A DNA stretch of 63,764 nt, counting the filler, from Chiloscyllium plagiosum (taxonomy: Eukaryota): the NCBI RefSeq assembly GCF_004010195.1. It is 5 parts of one record of this genome, joined end to end, with 100 filler letters (N's around TTAATTAATTAA, not from the genome) between each part and the next. Parts side by side here need not be neighbours in the genome. Positions count along the whole stretch, not along the records: positions 42,761 to 55,991 come from NC_057717.1; positions 56,092 to 63,764 come from NC_057717.1; 3 more parts are not named here. One strand, given 5' to 3'. The notes under the pieces are model-generated. The model was not told the origin of the DNA. It saw only the letters and a list, made by a program, of their open reading frames with translations, and made no database searches. Positions 49,312 to 61,879 of the stretch are shown piece by piece; within the stretch, counting starts at the first letter, position 1, and each line of letters opens with the position of its first letter. A program made the translations under genes and the position numbers.

Positions 49312-50875
49312 ATAGATGTGAAGCTGGAAAAGCACAACAGTCAGACAGCATGCGAGAATCAGGAAAGTAAACCTTTCAGACTGAAATCCTTTGTCAGGAC
49401 TAGGGAGTGAGGCCAGAAGTAAATAGAGGGAGGGGCTGGGTCAGGGGCTGGGGGATGGTGAGAGGGAGATGCAAGGAGGGGTTTATACTGATTGGGAAGG
49501 GGAGGTGTATAGGAGGGGAGACAGGTTAGGTCACGGAAGTGAGGAGGAATGGGGCTAGAGCTCGACTTGGGATAAGGCCAGGGGGAGGAGGGAGTTTGAA
49601 GCTGATGAAGTTGATGTTGAGGCCATTGGGCTTCAAGTGGAATATCAGGTGTTGATCCTCTAGACAGTGGAGGAGGCCATGGGTGGACATGTCATGGGGG
49701 GAATGGGAGTGAGAACTAAAATGGAAGGTAACCAGAAGGTTGGGTTGGTTGATGTATACAGATCACAGATAATCTGCAAACCCATCTCTGAGTCTGTATT
49801 TGGACTGCCTGATATAAAGGAGACAACATTAGGAGCAATGGATGCAATAGGTGAAGTTGGATGAAGTGCAGGTGAATCTGTCAGATCTGGAAGGATTGTG
49901 AAGGGCCCTGGATAGAGGTGAGGGGGAGGTGTGTGGGCAAGTGTTGCAACTCTTGGGGTTGCAGGGAAAGATATTGGGTGTGGTGGAGCAGGTGGTGGTT
50001 TGTATAGAGTTAACAGAGTCGTGGAGTAACTTTCCGCAGGATGGGGAAGAGAATTTTTTTGATGGTGGGGTCTGATTGTAGATTGTGGAAATGTCAGAGA
50101 ATGATGCATTGGATTTGGAGGTTGTTGGGATGTTATGTGAGGACCAAGCGGATTCTATCCTTATTTTTGGGGGGAGGGGGTTTGGTGGCAGAAGCGATGG
50201 AGGAGATGCAGTTGAGGGCATCCTTAATTACTGAGGATGTGAGACTGTGATCTTTGATGTAGGAGGATATCTGCGGCGCCCTGGAGTGGAACACCTCACC
50301 CTGGGAGCAGATGCGAAGGAGGTGGAGGAATTGGGAGTATGGGATAGCATTTTTGTTGGAGTGTGGGTGAGAAGAGGTGTAGTTGAGAGAGGTCTGGGAG
50401 TCAGTGGATTTGAAATAGATGCCGGTGGTGAGTTGGTTGCTGAAGATTAAGACAGCGGGGTCCTGGAAGGGATGGAGGTGTTAGAAATGGTCCAGGTGAC
50501 TTGGTGAAGTTGATGAATTGTTTGAGCTCCTTGTGGTAGCACAAGTCAGCACTGATGCAGTCATCATGAAAGCGGCGGAAGCGGTGAGGGATGGTCCTGG
50601 TGTCGTTGTGGAAGAGGGACTGTTCCATGAATCTGACCAAGAGACAGGCATAGCCTGGGCCCATGTGGGTGTCCATGGTTACTTTCTTTAGTTTGTTGGA
50701 AATGGGAGGAATCAAATGAAAAGTTGTTGAGGGTGAGGACTAGTTCTGCTGGGTGGATGAGAGTGTCAGTGGAGAGGGATTGGTTGGGCCAATGGGAGAG
50801 GAAGAAGTGAAGGCCTTTTAGCCCCTCAATGTAGGGGTCACAGGTGTAAAGGGCATGTATGTCCATGGTGATGGG
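49312..50875 (-). mobile_element. Older Penelope-like element
   Basis: Minus: MDIHALYT, LVLTLNNFSF, MGPGYACL, RF.DD, CTSSN.TYCIHCS (GIY-YIG); pLTR remnant 49312-49400. Confidence 0.85.
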
Positions 50876-51169
50876 GAAAAGTTGCCAGAGGAAGTGAGGT
50901 TGGTGAAATTTGGTGGATGGAAAGTGAGGTTTGAGGCGCTGTGGCTCAGGTATTATGTTCCAATAGATAACTTTTCAATCACCATTTATTTGAGAGCTTT
51001 ATTTCAGTGAATTTGCCCCCTCTCCCCCCAATACTAACTCCCTATATTTATATTCTCAATTCATACCTAATTAACTTTTCAATAGTACATCCATTGCTCA
51101 TTCTCTCATTTCATTAGGTCACAAATGTTCCTTTAGACCGTTTTAGATGAATATATGTTCCCCATTGAC

Positions 51170-52110
51170 TTTGTGAATAAGTCATTCTCTCGTAATAGAA
51201 CAAACCTACAAAATGACAACTGATTTTATTCCAGTTTTCTGCACAGTAAAATTTGGAGGTCTTTCCATTCTCCAGCATCTATTTTAAAACTTGTTGTTTC
51301 TCCTATTTTGTTGAATATACCTTTTCCCTTGGTGACTTATTATCAATGTAGTACTCAATGGGAATTGCTGCTGAATCCCTTCTTGGAATTACTTCTGATA
51401 TGTTTATTTGGAAAAATGCTGTACTTCCTTTCTCACTGAGAATAAGAGTCTTTGCTGTCGAGATACTTTTATATAACTCTTATGATAGTTTGAGCTTCCC
51501 AAGTTATAGGACCACATTTACTTTCCTTTTCCATAAGAACAATTTGAAGATTCCTTGCAGTTGAAACCATCACAGGATTTGCATTAGTGTCACTTTAAAA
51601 AAACATTTCATATTCCCAGCATCTCCCAGGTGGAAGTCTTTTTTGAATTGCTGTTTTTTTTCAATTGTTTATTCAAATCCTGTATTTCACCTTGGGATAT
51701 TGCATCGTTTTACTCCACTCTCGGACTTCGGGTATCTAGCCTGGTTTGAGTGCTCAGTTAATTCAGCTGTACAATTAAAGTTCAGAGTCTCTCCATTTCT
51801 GCCTTTTGATAGCTGCTGCATCTTTTTTGAAGCCCAACTTTAACTAATAAGAATGAAGCAAACATTTTCCAAACATTGATTGCTGATTCAAAGTGACACT
51901 TGATTTATTCTGCCTGGTATCCAATTCAGTGTATTTCAATGCTGTACAATTATTATGTTCGATTCTTTGGGCAAGGCTTTGGCAGTCCATTCCATTCTTT
52001 AAACATATTTCTTCATTTTATATAATAAACTATACCTGTCAGATTGAAGTTAGCTTCTCTTGGTCCTGCTTTAATTATTTTTATTTTTAATCAGCCTTTG
52101 TATGAAACCC
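51170..52110 (-). mobile_element. Ty1/Copia RT-RNase H fossil
   Basis: Minus translation: LKYTELDTRQNKSSVTLNQQS; LIVQLN*LSTQTRLD; KCGPITWEAQTIIRVI/KSISTAKTL; IPIEYYIDNKSPREKVYSTK. Confidence 0.7.
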
Positions 52111-52152
52111 TGTGCTCCCTCTGCCCTGGGAGTGTTTGCTGGGAACACTGTA

Positions 52153-52818
52153 TAACCTCTGTGATATGGATCCTATGAAGATTGATGGGAGACAGTGTAA
52201 ATGGAATTGTCAGGGTCCAATTCCTTCACGTGGATGAGAGAAGGTCCCCAACTGGAATTGTGAAAAAAAAAGTGATGTCCGTAGGACTGAAGGGTCAGTA
52301 ACAGAATGAATGTGCTATTGGCTCAGAGACAGCAGACAGGATAGAGGGTAATGAGGGTTTCAGACTGGAGGGCGCTACAGGCACGTACAGGTTGGGAACT
52401 GTTTTCAGTAAAAGGCAGTTGATCCGAGGTCACTGCAGAGTTTGACAATCTGATGTCTCTCCCTCACTTAGTAAGATCTGCTCCCACATCATGTTCCATC
52501 CGAACTGCTGACTATGTTAGATACATTAATACATTGGGTATGGGTGGGGTGGGGTGCTTTTAAACCTGGGTCCCTGCTATGTAACTTGCCTTAAGTACTC
52601 TCGCTCCCCCATTCAACTAAACGTTTCTCCCGAGGAACCTTTGTTTGGAAAGCTGCAAAGTGAAGATCCAAAATGTTCGAGGCCAGGAAAGAACAACATC
52701 CAGAGGGGGAACGCGGGCCTGGGGCCTGGGGCCTGAGGCCTGAGGCCGAGTCGATAGGCTGCACCCCCATGGGGGCCCACGTGAGTTGTGTGTTTATTTA
52801 CCCCGAGGTTTAATCTCT
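52153..52818 (+). repeat. Low-copy duplicated block (reverse copy at 35234-35884; partial tandem copy at ~53410-53900)
   Basis: ATATGGATCCTATGAAGATTGATGGGAGACAGTGTAAATGGAATTGTCAGGG and TTTGGAAAGCTGCAA.GTGAAGATCCAAAATGTTCGAG shared. Confidence 0.85.
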
Positions 52819-53644
52819 GGGGGACCCTATGTTTTAGAGGCCTCTGATTAACTGACTCCTGTCAGATTGCAGCCCTGTCATTATTAAAACAGGTTTGAAG
52901 CCTGTGGCTAAAGTATGTCAATTCCCACGATCGGAGAGGCAGGACTCCCCGAGGGGAGAACTAAAACCGAAATGGTGTAACCCTCTCTAAAGATTTGTCA
53001 TAAAGTCAGAGTCATGTTGGTTATAAAGAGGGCTGGATGAAAAAAATCTAAAGGGAGAGAAAGAAATTGAAAGATTTGGAAAATTGAGACAGAAGGAGAG
53101 GCATTTTGAGTTTGTGAAGTCGCTGTAATGTTTGATTCTGGGGTGACAGGAAATAATTAAACTGAAGCAGCATCACAGAGGGAGAAAGATGATCAGAGTA
53201 ATGAGCTTTTGCTGCATTATTGCACGTGGGATCTTGCTGTGCACTAGCTGCCCCAATGCTACCATTGCAGGCAGTGAGTGTTTTTATCAGCTCACCCGTC
53301 GTTTCAAATTTTTTTCCAAGGTGTTGGGATCTTGCTGTGTTGTCTCTAATGATTTTCCTCCTTTGCCTTTCACCTAATGCTGTGTTTTTCCTCCCAAGGG
53401 ATCTTGCTGGTCACTTGAAGATTCAAAGAGAGAAACTTTAGGATCAGGAGACCTTTGAACAAGAGCTTTCTCCAGAGGAGACACGGTCCTGAGGCCTGGT
53501 CGACAGGTTGCACCCCCGTGGGGCCCATGTGAGCTGTGTGTTTATTTACCCCGAGGTTTAATCTCATCTGGGGAACCCTGGGTTTTAGGGGCCTCTGGTT
53601 AATTGGCTCCTGTCAGATTGCGGCCCTGTCACTTTTAAAACAGG

Positions 53645-53770
53645 ATGAAGGGCTTTTGACCAAAAAGTCGATTTTCCAGCTGCTCGAATGCTGCTTGACC
53701 TGCTGTGCTTCTCCAGCACCACGCTAATCTTGATTCTAATCTTCAGCATCTGCAGTACGCACTTACTCAT
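53645..53770 (+). mobile_element. Penelope pLTR fragment
   Basis: GATGAAGGGCTTTTGACCAAAAAGTCGATTTT..TGACCTGCTGTGCTTCTCCAGCACCAC..CAGCATCTGCAGT. Confidence 0.65.
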
Positions 53771-54652
53771 TAAAGTAACCGGGACCCTGGGATTTGATTC
53801 AAACACATCAATCTGACAGACAGGACTCCCCAAGGAGAGAATTAAAACCTTAAATGAGAAATTCTCTCCAAAGACTTGTTCTAATGTCAGAGTAATGTGA
53901 GATGTGTACAGGCCTAGGTGATCAAATGTGATCATTACATAAATAAGACACATGTTGGCCATTTCAATTCAGTTCCCTGAGTATCTGGGAGGGGCATCTA
54001 TTTCTGTCCCCTCTCTCACACCCTCTCCAGCTTGCTTTCTTATTGATATTTTAAACAAATAAAACCGTCCCGCATGCAGCAATGTGACTCGTGGTTATTT
54101 GAAGTGGGTGGGATGGAAATATGTTGCAGCACACAGTGATTGTTTTTGAGAAAAAGGGGTAAAAACACAAGATGCCGACAAACAGAGAGAGAGAGGGAGT
54201 GTGTGTGTGTGTGTGTAGGAGGGAGTGTTAGAGGGATAAGATGTGTCTTTGTTGCTGGAATGGGAAAGGGAGACAGAGTCTGGGAGAGGGGAGAGAAAAA
54301 GGGGCTCTCCAATATCCCAGCACCACCCAGCTCCAATCACTTCCTTCTCGAACTGCCATCCATAAAGTTAAAGTCTGGGACAGAGGGAGTGATATTCCTT
54401 AAAAAGGTGGCCTAAAGAAACCCATTGCCTCTTGCTGGATAGAAAAGTGGGATTTGAACCTATCTGGAGTGGAGTCTCCCTGTACCCACAGAATTGCTGG
54501 CACAGAGACTGCTGGGAAATAGTGCCCCAGTTTATAAAAGGGAATATTGACAATTATAAACGCTGCTGTTTTTTTAAAAGGCGAGATAACAATTACTAAC
54601 TCCAAGATTGATTAGTAGAGAGAAAAAAATTACAGATGGGGAAGTGAGTGGT

Positions 54653-54680
54653 GGAGAGAGAGAGAGAGAGAGAGAGAGAG
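54653..54680. repeat. (GA)n microsatellite
   Basis: Direct inspection; also (GT)n at ~54199-54216 and (CTGGAC)4 at ~55064-55090. Confidence 0.9.
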
Positions 54681-54789
54681 CATGAGAAAAAGAGAATGTG
54701 GGAAGTGGTATGAATTTGTCAAACAGCAGGATCTTTGTTATCTTGGAGGCAGAACTGATCCCTTAAGCAGCGTCAGTGAAACACAATAT

Positions 54790-54890
54790 GTCTGTGGTCA
54801 CGCTTATACTTGTGGGATCTTGCTGTGTCTCAAATCACCTGCAGAGTCTCCCACATTACAACAAGTGGCTCTGTGTCAAAATGTAGTTTA
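54790..54890 (+). mobile_element. DeuSINE-like core fragment
   Basis: TGTGGGATCTTGCTGTG..CCCACATTACAACAAGTGGCT..TCAAAA resembles the Deu domain; motif recurs at 53228, 53326, 55565. Confidence 0.5.
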
Positions 54891-55991
54891 GAGAGGCTTG
54901 GATTTTACATTTTCTTTGTCTCTCTCTTGCTCTGTCATCTCCTTCTCTCTGCCCCTCCCTCAATCTGGGTCTCCCTCCCTTTCTCTCTGTCCATTGTCTG
55001 GGTCTTCCTTTCTGTCTTTCCGTCTGTCTCTCCCATTCCCTCTCTCCATCACCATTCCTGACTCTGGACCTGGACCTGGACCTGGACCTGCCCCCTGACC
55101 CCCCTCAATCTCTCCAGACCATCCCATCATTTTAAAACGACAAGACTGCGATGTGATGGTTCACGTTTACAAAATGATGGGAGCGACCATGTTTGAGAGA
55201 CAGGCTGGAATCGGAGAGAGTGTGGGGCAACAGAGTTGAAGAGCATGGAAAGGGAAGGATGGGAGTGGGATCAGAGGGCTGGAGTGGGGAGGGGGGGGGG
55301 TGGGTGATGTGGGGACAGTGAATAGACACAAGGGCTGGGAGTGGGGAGGTGGGGGGTCTCCAGTGTTCATACATTGAACATTGAAAGTGCAGGAGAAATC
55401 GTTCCCAGCCCGTGAGTGAAGATGGCAGCCTGGGATAGAGAGAACGAGACAGACAGAGAGATACACACAGAGATGTGCAGCGTGTCAATCAACCTTTGCA
55501 ACCTCTGTGTTCTAACTGTGTGGGTGTGAGATGTGTTCGTATTGGACGCAGTGAGACTGCATGTGGGATCTTGCTGTGCGGTGTTGCCTTCATTATAACT
55601 TTAGCCTATTCCAGGGGATTGTGTTAGGGGGGGAAGATGGGTAGGTCAGGAGCTCTGACCCTGTGTGAGGCTTTGTGATCATTGAACGGCCATATCTCTG
55701 TTTTGGACAGGACCATGGGATGGTGAGGGTTCAATGGAAGGTGTAGGTGCCCACTCGAATGTAGCTTATTCAGGAGCTGAGGGTGACAGAATGGAGAGAG
55801 GAGGGATGGATGGAGGGGGAAGGAGAGTGGGGAAGGAGAGTGGAGAAAAGGGGGGAATGACAGGGAAGGAGAGGCAGGGAGAGGGGAAATCGTGGGTGGT
55901 AAGGAAGGGATGGAATTAAGGCAGAAAGAGAGCAGGGGAGGAGAACAAGAAGGAGGGGGAAGGGGGTAAGGAGAGAGGGGCAAGAGGCAGG

Positions 55992-56091
55992 NNNNNNNNN
56001 NNNNNNNNNNNNNNNNNNNNNNNNNNNNNNNNNNNTTAATTAATTAANNNNNNNNNNNNNNNNNNNNNNNNNNNNNNNNNNNNNNNNNNNN
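55992..56091. other. Artificial scaffold spacer
   Basis: N44-TTAATTAATTAA-N44. Confidence 0.97.
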
Positions 56092-56094
56092 GAG

Positions 56095-56290
56095 TGGGAG
56101 TGGCATGGTGTCTCAGTGGTTAGCACGACTATCTCACAGTACCAAGGGCGCGGTTTGCTTCCACACCCAAGAGTATTTGTATTGAGTTTTCACGTTCTCT
56201 CCCTGTCTGCAAGTGTTTCCTCCAGGTGCGCCAGATTCCTCCCACAGACTAAAGACTTTCAGTGGATTGACCATGCTAAATTGCGCATCT
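56095..56290 (+). mobile_element. HE1-type SINE, 3'-truncated
   Basis: GTGGCATGGTGTCTCAGTGGTTAGCAC..TTCCTCCCACAGACTAAAGA..CCATGCTAAATTG. Confidence 0.7.
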
Positions 56291-56593
56291 AACACAATTT
56301 TGAATAAATGCAAACACACAGGTACCACAGACCTGTGGGGAAGAGAATTCCGACTCAAACGGTCCTTAGAGAATTTCTCCTTATCTCTGTTCCTACCGAG
56401 GTTGAAGAGTCGTTGTATCTTATTCTAGTCCCACTCCTCCATCGGTCATGACAAATTATCAGTGGAACCAAGTGTGTGATATGGCAAATGATATCAGTCT
56501 CAGACTGGGTCAGGTACAGTGTTAGGAACATGTCAGGCATGTTTCTTAAATTTGCAAAAACAATCTAAAACAAAAACAAAGTTACTCAAAAAA

Positions 56594-58498
56594 ATGAACA
56601 AGTAAAGCAATGGAGCAATCGCTGTGGCTTCTCAGGCAAGTTACATTTTCTTCCTCTCTGAGCTGAAACATATAATAATGTTACCCGAACACTAACGTGA
56701 ACCATCTAGTGTCTGGTTAAAACTTCCCGATTGCATACTCAATCCCTGTTATCTGCTCTATTGAGGAGTGATTTGTAATTTATCTTTTGAAAATATTTTA
56801 TGTGTCTTCATAATTATAATAAAATAAATTCGTCTTCAAAGAACTGTGTTAAAATGAATATATTGTTTTATTAAATTAAATCCTTAGTTTTATTCTCTCA
56901 TTCCTCGGCTACGCCCAGTACACTCTCCTCAGGGTCCTTTATGTTCAATATGAACATCTCTTATTCTCAGGCCTGAAGGGCCCTGACCTTGTAGAGGCCA
57001 TGGGGGGGCATGGATATGGTTATTTTCCAAGGTCGGAGGACTCCAAACCAGTGGGCATAGATTTAAGGTGAGAGGGGTAAGATTAAAAAGATAAATGACA
57101 TATAGTTTGGACATTGACAATATGTATATCATTATTTATTTTCCTATAAATCTGAGACACATGCATACGTCCGAAAGCAAACAGAAAAAAAGATACAAAT
57201 TCTGCAGAATATTAGTTTGGAAGAGTTTTGTCCAGATAATAGTTAATTTCATGGCAAAAGGAAAATTGAGATGGTCGCAATTGTAATTCTACCTCACAGA
57301 TGCTGATGGCAATGGGGTTTCTTCCTGGAATAGCTGGACTTGGCTGAATTTCCTTCTCTGCTGGCAGTGGGGAGATACCAATGAATCCTCAAAAGGAACC
57401 CTCCATGAGTGGGAAAGATGACTGATGGATTTTCTGCTCTCTCTTAAAGAGGCATACGGTGTGTTAGATTTCATTTGTCAAGCGATTGAGTTCTGGAGCC
57501 ATAAAGTCATGTTGCAACTATACAAAACGCTGGTGCGACTACACTTGGAATATTGTGCACAGTTCTGGTCCCCATATTATAGGAAGGATGTGGAATCATT
57601 GGAAAAGGTGCAGAGGAGATTTACCAGGATGTTGCCTGGTCTGGAGGGAAGGGCTTATGTGGAAAGGCTGAGAGGGAGTTTGATAGAGGCATACAATATA
57701 ATCAGAGGATTAGATAGAGTAGACAGTGAAAGTCTTTTTCCTAGGATGATGATGTCAGCTTGTACGAGGGGGCATAATTACAAATTTAGAGGTGATAGAT
57801 TTAAGACAGATGTCAGAGGCAGGTTCTTTACACAGAGAGTGGTAAGGGCATGGAATGTCCTATCTGCTAATGTAGTTAACTCAGCCACATTAGGGAGATT
57901 TAAACAATCCTTAAATAAGCACATGGATGATTTTGGGGTAGTGTAGGGGGACGAGCTGAGAATAGTTCACAGGTTGGAACAACATCGAGGGCCGAAGGGC
58001 CTGTTATGTGCTATATTGTTCCATGTTCTATGTTCTATATGTTACTGTCGAGATGAACAAGTAAAGCGATGGAACAATGGTTGTGGCTTCTCAGGCTAGT
58101 TACATTTTCTTCCTCTCTGAGCTGAAACATATAATAATGTTACCCGAACACCAACGTGAACCATGTAGTGTCTGGTTAAACATTCCCCTGATTGCATACT
58201 CCATCCCTGTTATCTGCTCCATTGAGGAGTGATTTGTAATTTATCTTTTGAAAATATTTTTATATGTGTCTTCAGAATTATTGTACAATAAATTCATGTC
58301 TTCAAAGCACTGTGTTAAAATGAATATATTGTTTTATTAAATTAAATCCTTAGTTTTATTCTCTCAATATCCAGCTACGCCCAGTACACTCTCCTCAGGG
58401 TCCTTTATGTTCAATATGAACATCTCTTATTCTCAGGCCGGAGGGCTCCAAACCAGTTGGCATAGATTTAAGGTGAGAGGGGTAAGATTAAAAAGATA
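56594..58498 (+). repeat. Direct duplication 56594-57093 / 58053-58498
   Basis: Near-identical AT-rich block running into the same CR1 fragment; copy 2 lacks 56974-57034. Confidence 0.9.
57445..58040 (+). mobile_element. Young CR1/HER1 3' end
   Basis: Open frame MLQLYKTLVRLHLEYCAQFWSP..LEKVQRRFTRMLPG..FFTQRVVRAWN; (ATGTTCT)n tail. Confidence 0.9.
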
Positions 58499-60374
58499 GC
58501 TGAAGAGGTAACTTTTTTACACAGAAGATAGTGTGTGTATGGGACGAACTGGCAGGAAAAGTGATGGAGGCTGGTACAGTTACAACATTTAAGAGATAAT
58601 GGATGGGTATTTGAATAAGAACCGTTTAGAGGATTATGGGTCTCATGCTGGCAAATATTACTACATCAGATTGGAATATCTGGTCGGTGCAGATAAGCTG
58701 GAATGAAGGGTCTGTTTCCGTGCTGTATGACACTATGATTCCATCAGGCCTTCATTCTAGCAAAGAGTAAAGTAAAACATCAGTGAAAAGCTTCTAAAAC
58801 CATTGCATATTTTCCTTTCAGTTTAGTGGTTCATTACGAGAGACAATACATCAGATGTAGTCTAGGCATTGTCATGTACAAATGCAGTAATACATCCTAA
58901 TGATTATAACTAATAGCCTTTGCATAAAACAGCAAGATTCAATACCCTTTTCTAATTATTGGCTGAATCTCCTGATTATGTTTATGTGGCTCATGTACCG
59001 GAATGCACTCTATACCAATGAGTTATGTGATTTTCTCTCCATTTAAGTAGGTTACTGTTATTTTCTCTTTTCAAAACAACACTGACTTCTCTTAACCAAC
59101 ATTATACTGTTTTCTGCCAATGTTTTGATCACTAACCTCCCCGTCTGTATCCCATTTCAGAGTCTCCATGTCTAGTTAAATGATTATCTTTGCGAATGAG
59201 CTAACCGACCTCCAAGCCAATCAGTCCTCTCATCCAAGTCATTGGTATAGATTGTAAATAGCTGATAATCTCACACTGATCCTCGAGGAACTCCAACACA
59301 GTTACAACTTTACAACCTGAAAAACCCGAATGTTTATTCCCTGATAGTTAACCAGATGCTCCTGTTGCTGGGTAGCAGGCTAGAAAGGTTGGATGGTCTC
59401 ATCCTACGCTGTGTAATGTACTTAAGCGAGTTGAATGACTTCAATCTATTCATGCATAAATCCTTAGAGGGCAGAAGAGTCTCCTCCTACCCCTGTAACT
59501 TTACGGAGTGTTGAGAGAACAACACATGGGTTAGGAGCAGCAGCTGGCCATTCAGCCCCTTGAGCCTGCTGCACCATTCGGAATGTGCATTGTTGATGCG
59601 ATTGTAACTAAACATAATTTCCCTGTCTGTTCCTAATAAACATGGATTCTCTAGTTCATCAGAGTTCTGTGGAACTCAACCTTGAGTATTTTCTGTAATC
59701 CAGTCTTCACTGCTCCCTCGGGAAGAGAACACCACAGATTACACAACCCTAAAGAGAAAGGAGCATCCCTGTCTCAGTCTGAAATGGAAAGGTCCTTATT
59801 CTCAAAATGTGTGACCCTCAAACCTATCACCACTCTTTTGATATATGAGGAGTTGACAATTAGAAACAGATATCGACCACTCAGCCCCTCAAATCTGTCC
59901 ACGTTCCTATTAACTCTCCTAAACAAAATGCTTATCAAATTCAGTCTCCACTGACCTCGTGGAAAGACAATTCCAGGAAAGATCATATAAGCAATGAACA
60001 CTGGAGCATAATGACGCCATTCAGCCCATCTTCTCTGCAATGACATTTGATCACTGCTAAAATATTTCTGAACTCCATTCTCCTGCCGTCTCCGACTAAC
60101 CAATGATAACTTATTAATTAAAAAATGTATATATCTCTGAATTAAAGATTGTGTGTGCCTGTATATGGGGTTATGTTTGTGTGTTTGTGTATAAATGTCC
60201 ATATCTACGTGCGTATCTCTGTGAGCATGTTTTATGTGTGTTAGTGTCAGTATCTCAGTTTGTGTGTACCTCTGCCTGCACTTCTGTGCAAAGTTGTTTT
60301 TGAAATAAATAGATTGAACTTGGAATCAAAGTCTTCCTCCTCCTCTCTCTCCGTCTGTCCCTGTTGTTCACAGA

Positions 60375-60705
60375 GTTCATAGAATCGCTACAGTGTAGAA
60401 ACAGGCCCTTCGACCCAACAGGTCCACACTGACCCTTCGAAGAATAACCCACCCAGACCCGTTCAAATGCTATCCCTCGCCTACCCATGACTAATGCCCC
60501 TAACCTATCCATCCCTCGGCACTATGGACAATTTAGCATGTCCAATTCACCTAACATCCACAACGTTGGACTGTGGGTGGAAATCAGAGCACCCACGCAG
60601 ACACGGTGAGAATGTGAAACTCCACACAGACAGTCACCTAAGGGTGGACACGAACCCGGGTGCCTGGTGCTGCAAGGCAGCAGTGCTCACCTCTGAGTTC
60701 TGTGA
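60375..60705 (-). mobile_element. HE1-type SINE
   Basis: ACAGTGTAGAAACAGGCCCTTCG, AATTTAGCATG, AAACTCCACACAGACAGTC, GGCAGCAGTGCT are reverse HE1 motifs. Confidence 0.85.
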
Positions 60706-61879
60706 TTAGATTCATACAATACCTCCCTCTGCGGGACTACCCACACCACTGCATCGGTGGCACAGTTTTTAACTCGGAGAAGATAACAAATCCTTTGCTG
60801 TGAATCTGTCAAATTGCATGGCCGTTTGATTTTTCAAATAATATCTTTGGAAGCACAGAGCAGTTTTGTCTGATACTAAGCGATGTTGTTCCTGCGTCAT
60901 TACCACCACTAGTTGGCCTTTTTCAGGACTTCTCAATACTTTCTCACGCACCTTTTAAGCATTGCAAGTCACAGAATGAAAAGTAAATTCATCTACTCTC
61001 CTGACGAAATGGTTCACTCAGAGGTGAGCATTTCCATTCTGAAAGGCCCAAGCAAATTTGCAACCCTCCATCTACCAGCATTGCGTGTGTGTGGGTTGTG
61101 TGTGTGTTGATGGTGCTGTAAGTTTGGATGGTGCTGTGAGCTGCCGCCCTCTCTCCCTCCCAGGCTGAATCCTCGAAAGTTATCACCCTCTGCCATTGTC
61201 ACTGCAGTAGATTGGGGAGGCCAGCTGAGGGAGAGATTGTGTCCTTTTAAACACCACAGAGACTGTCAGACCTGCACCCACGTATAGATATTCACAGAGT
61301 CAAATACGGACACACCAGTGGATGAGGTATAGTTGGATATCAGGTGAATGTTTGGAGCAATCATACAGTAGGTTAGCCCTAAAACAAAAAAAAACAAATT
61401 GTATTGGGAGGAACATACCCAAATGTGGGAGGGTAAAAGTTAAGTTTCCCTTCGTTTGAAGGGAATCAGAATATAGGCGATGAAGGGCTCTGTGCTCTCT
61501 CTCCACGGATGATGTCTGAGTCCCTGCGATCTCCAGCATGTGTTGGTTTCAGTACAGATTCCAGCTTCTGAAGTAATTTGTTCCGACTAGGAATAAAGAT
61601 GTTCTGCACCAGTGACACAAAATGTTGGTTAGTCTGTACCTGGAGTATTGATTACAGCTTTGATTTCCTGAAGCAAGTAAATCATACTGATCTCATGTAC
61701 TGAATGGACATTCTCCACTATAATCCCTTGTATGGCAAGATTATCCGATGAGCGAACTCCGCCTGTATTCCGTAGAGTTTCAGAGAATGAGAGATGATCG
61801 AAATGAAACTTTAAATATATCACACAGAGGGGAGTGACGAACATAGGGGCATTAAAAAGTGTGAGCAAGATTAGCTAGA

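Noticed and set aside
35234..52818. 17-kb-spaced inverted repeat as one large structure
   Set aside because: The copies lie on different pieces separated by an artificial spacer, so distance and orientation are arbitrary.
55730..55991. Purine-rich tract as coding sequence or special structure
   Set aside because: Low-complexity GA-rich DNA at a contig end; ORFs are compositional.
61600..61870. Second Copia RNase H remnant on the minus strand (..ENVHSV..)
   Set aside because: Single short motif; insufficient without an alignment.
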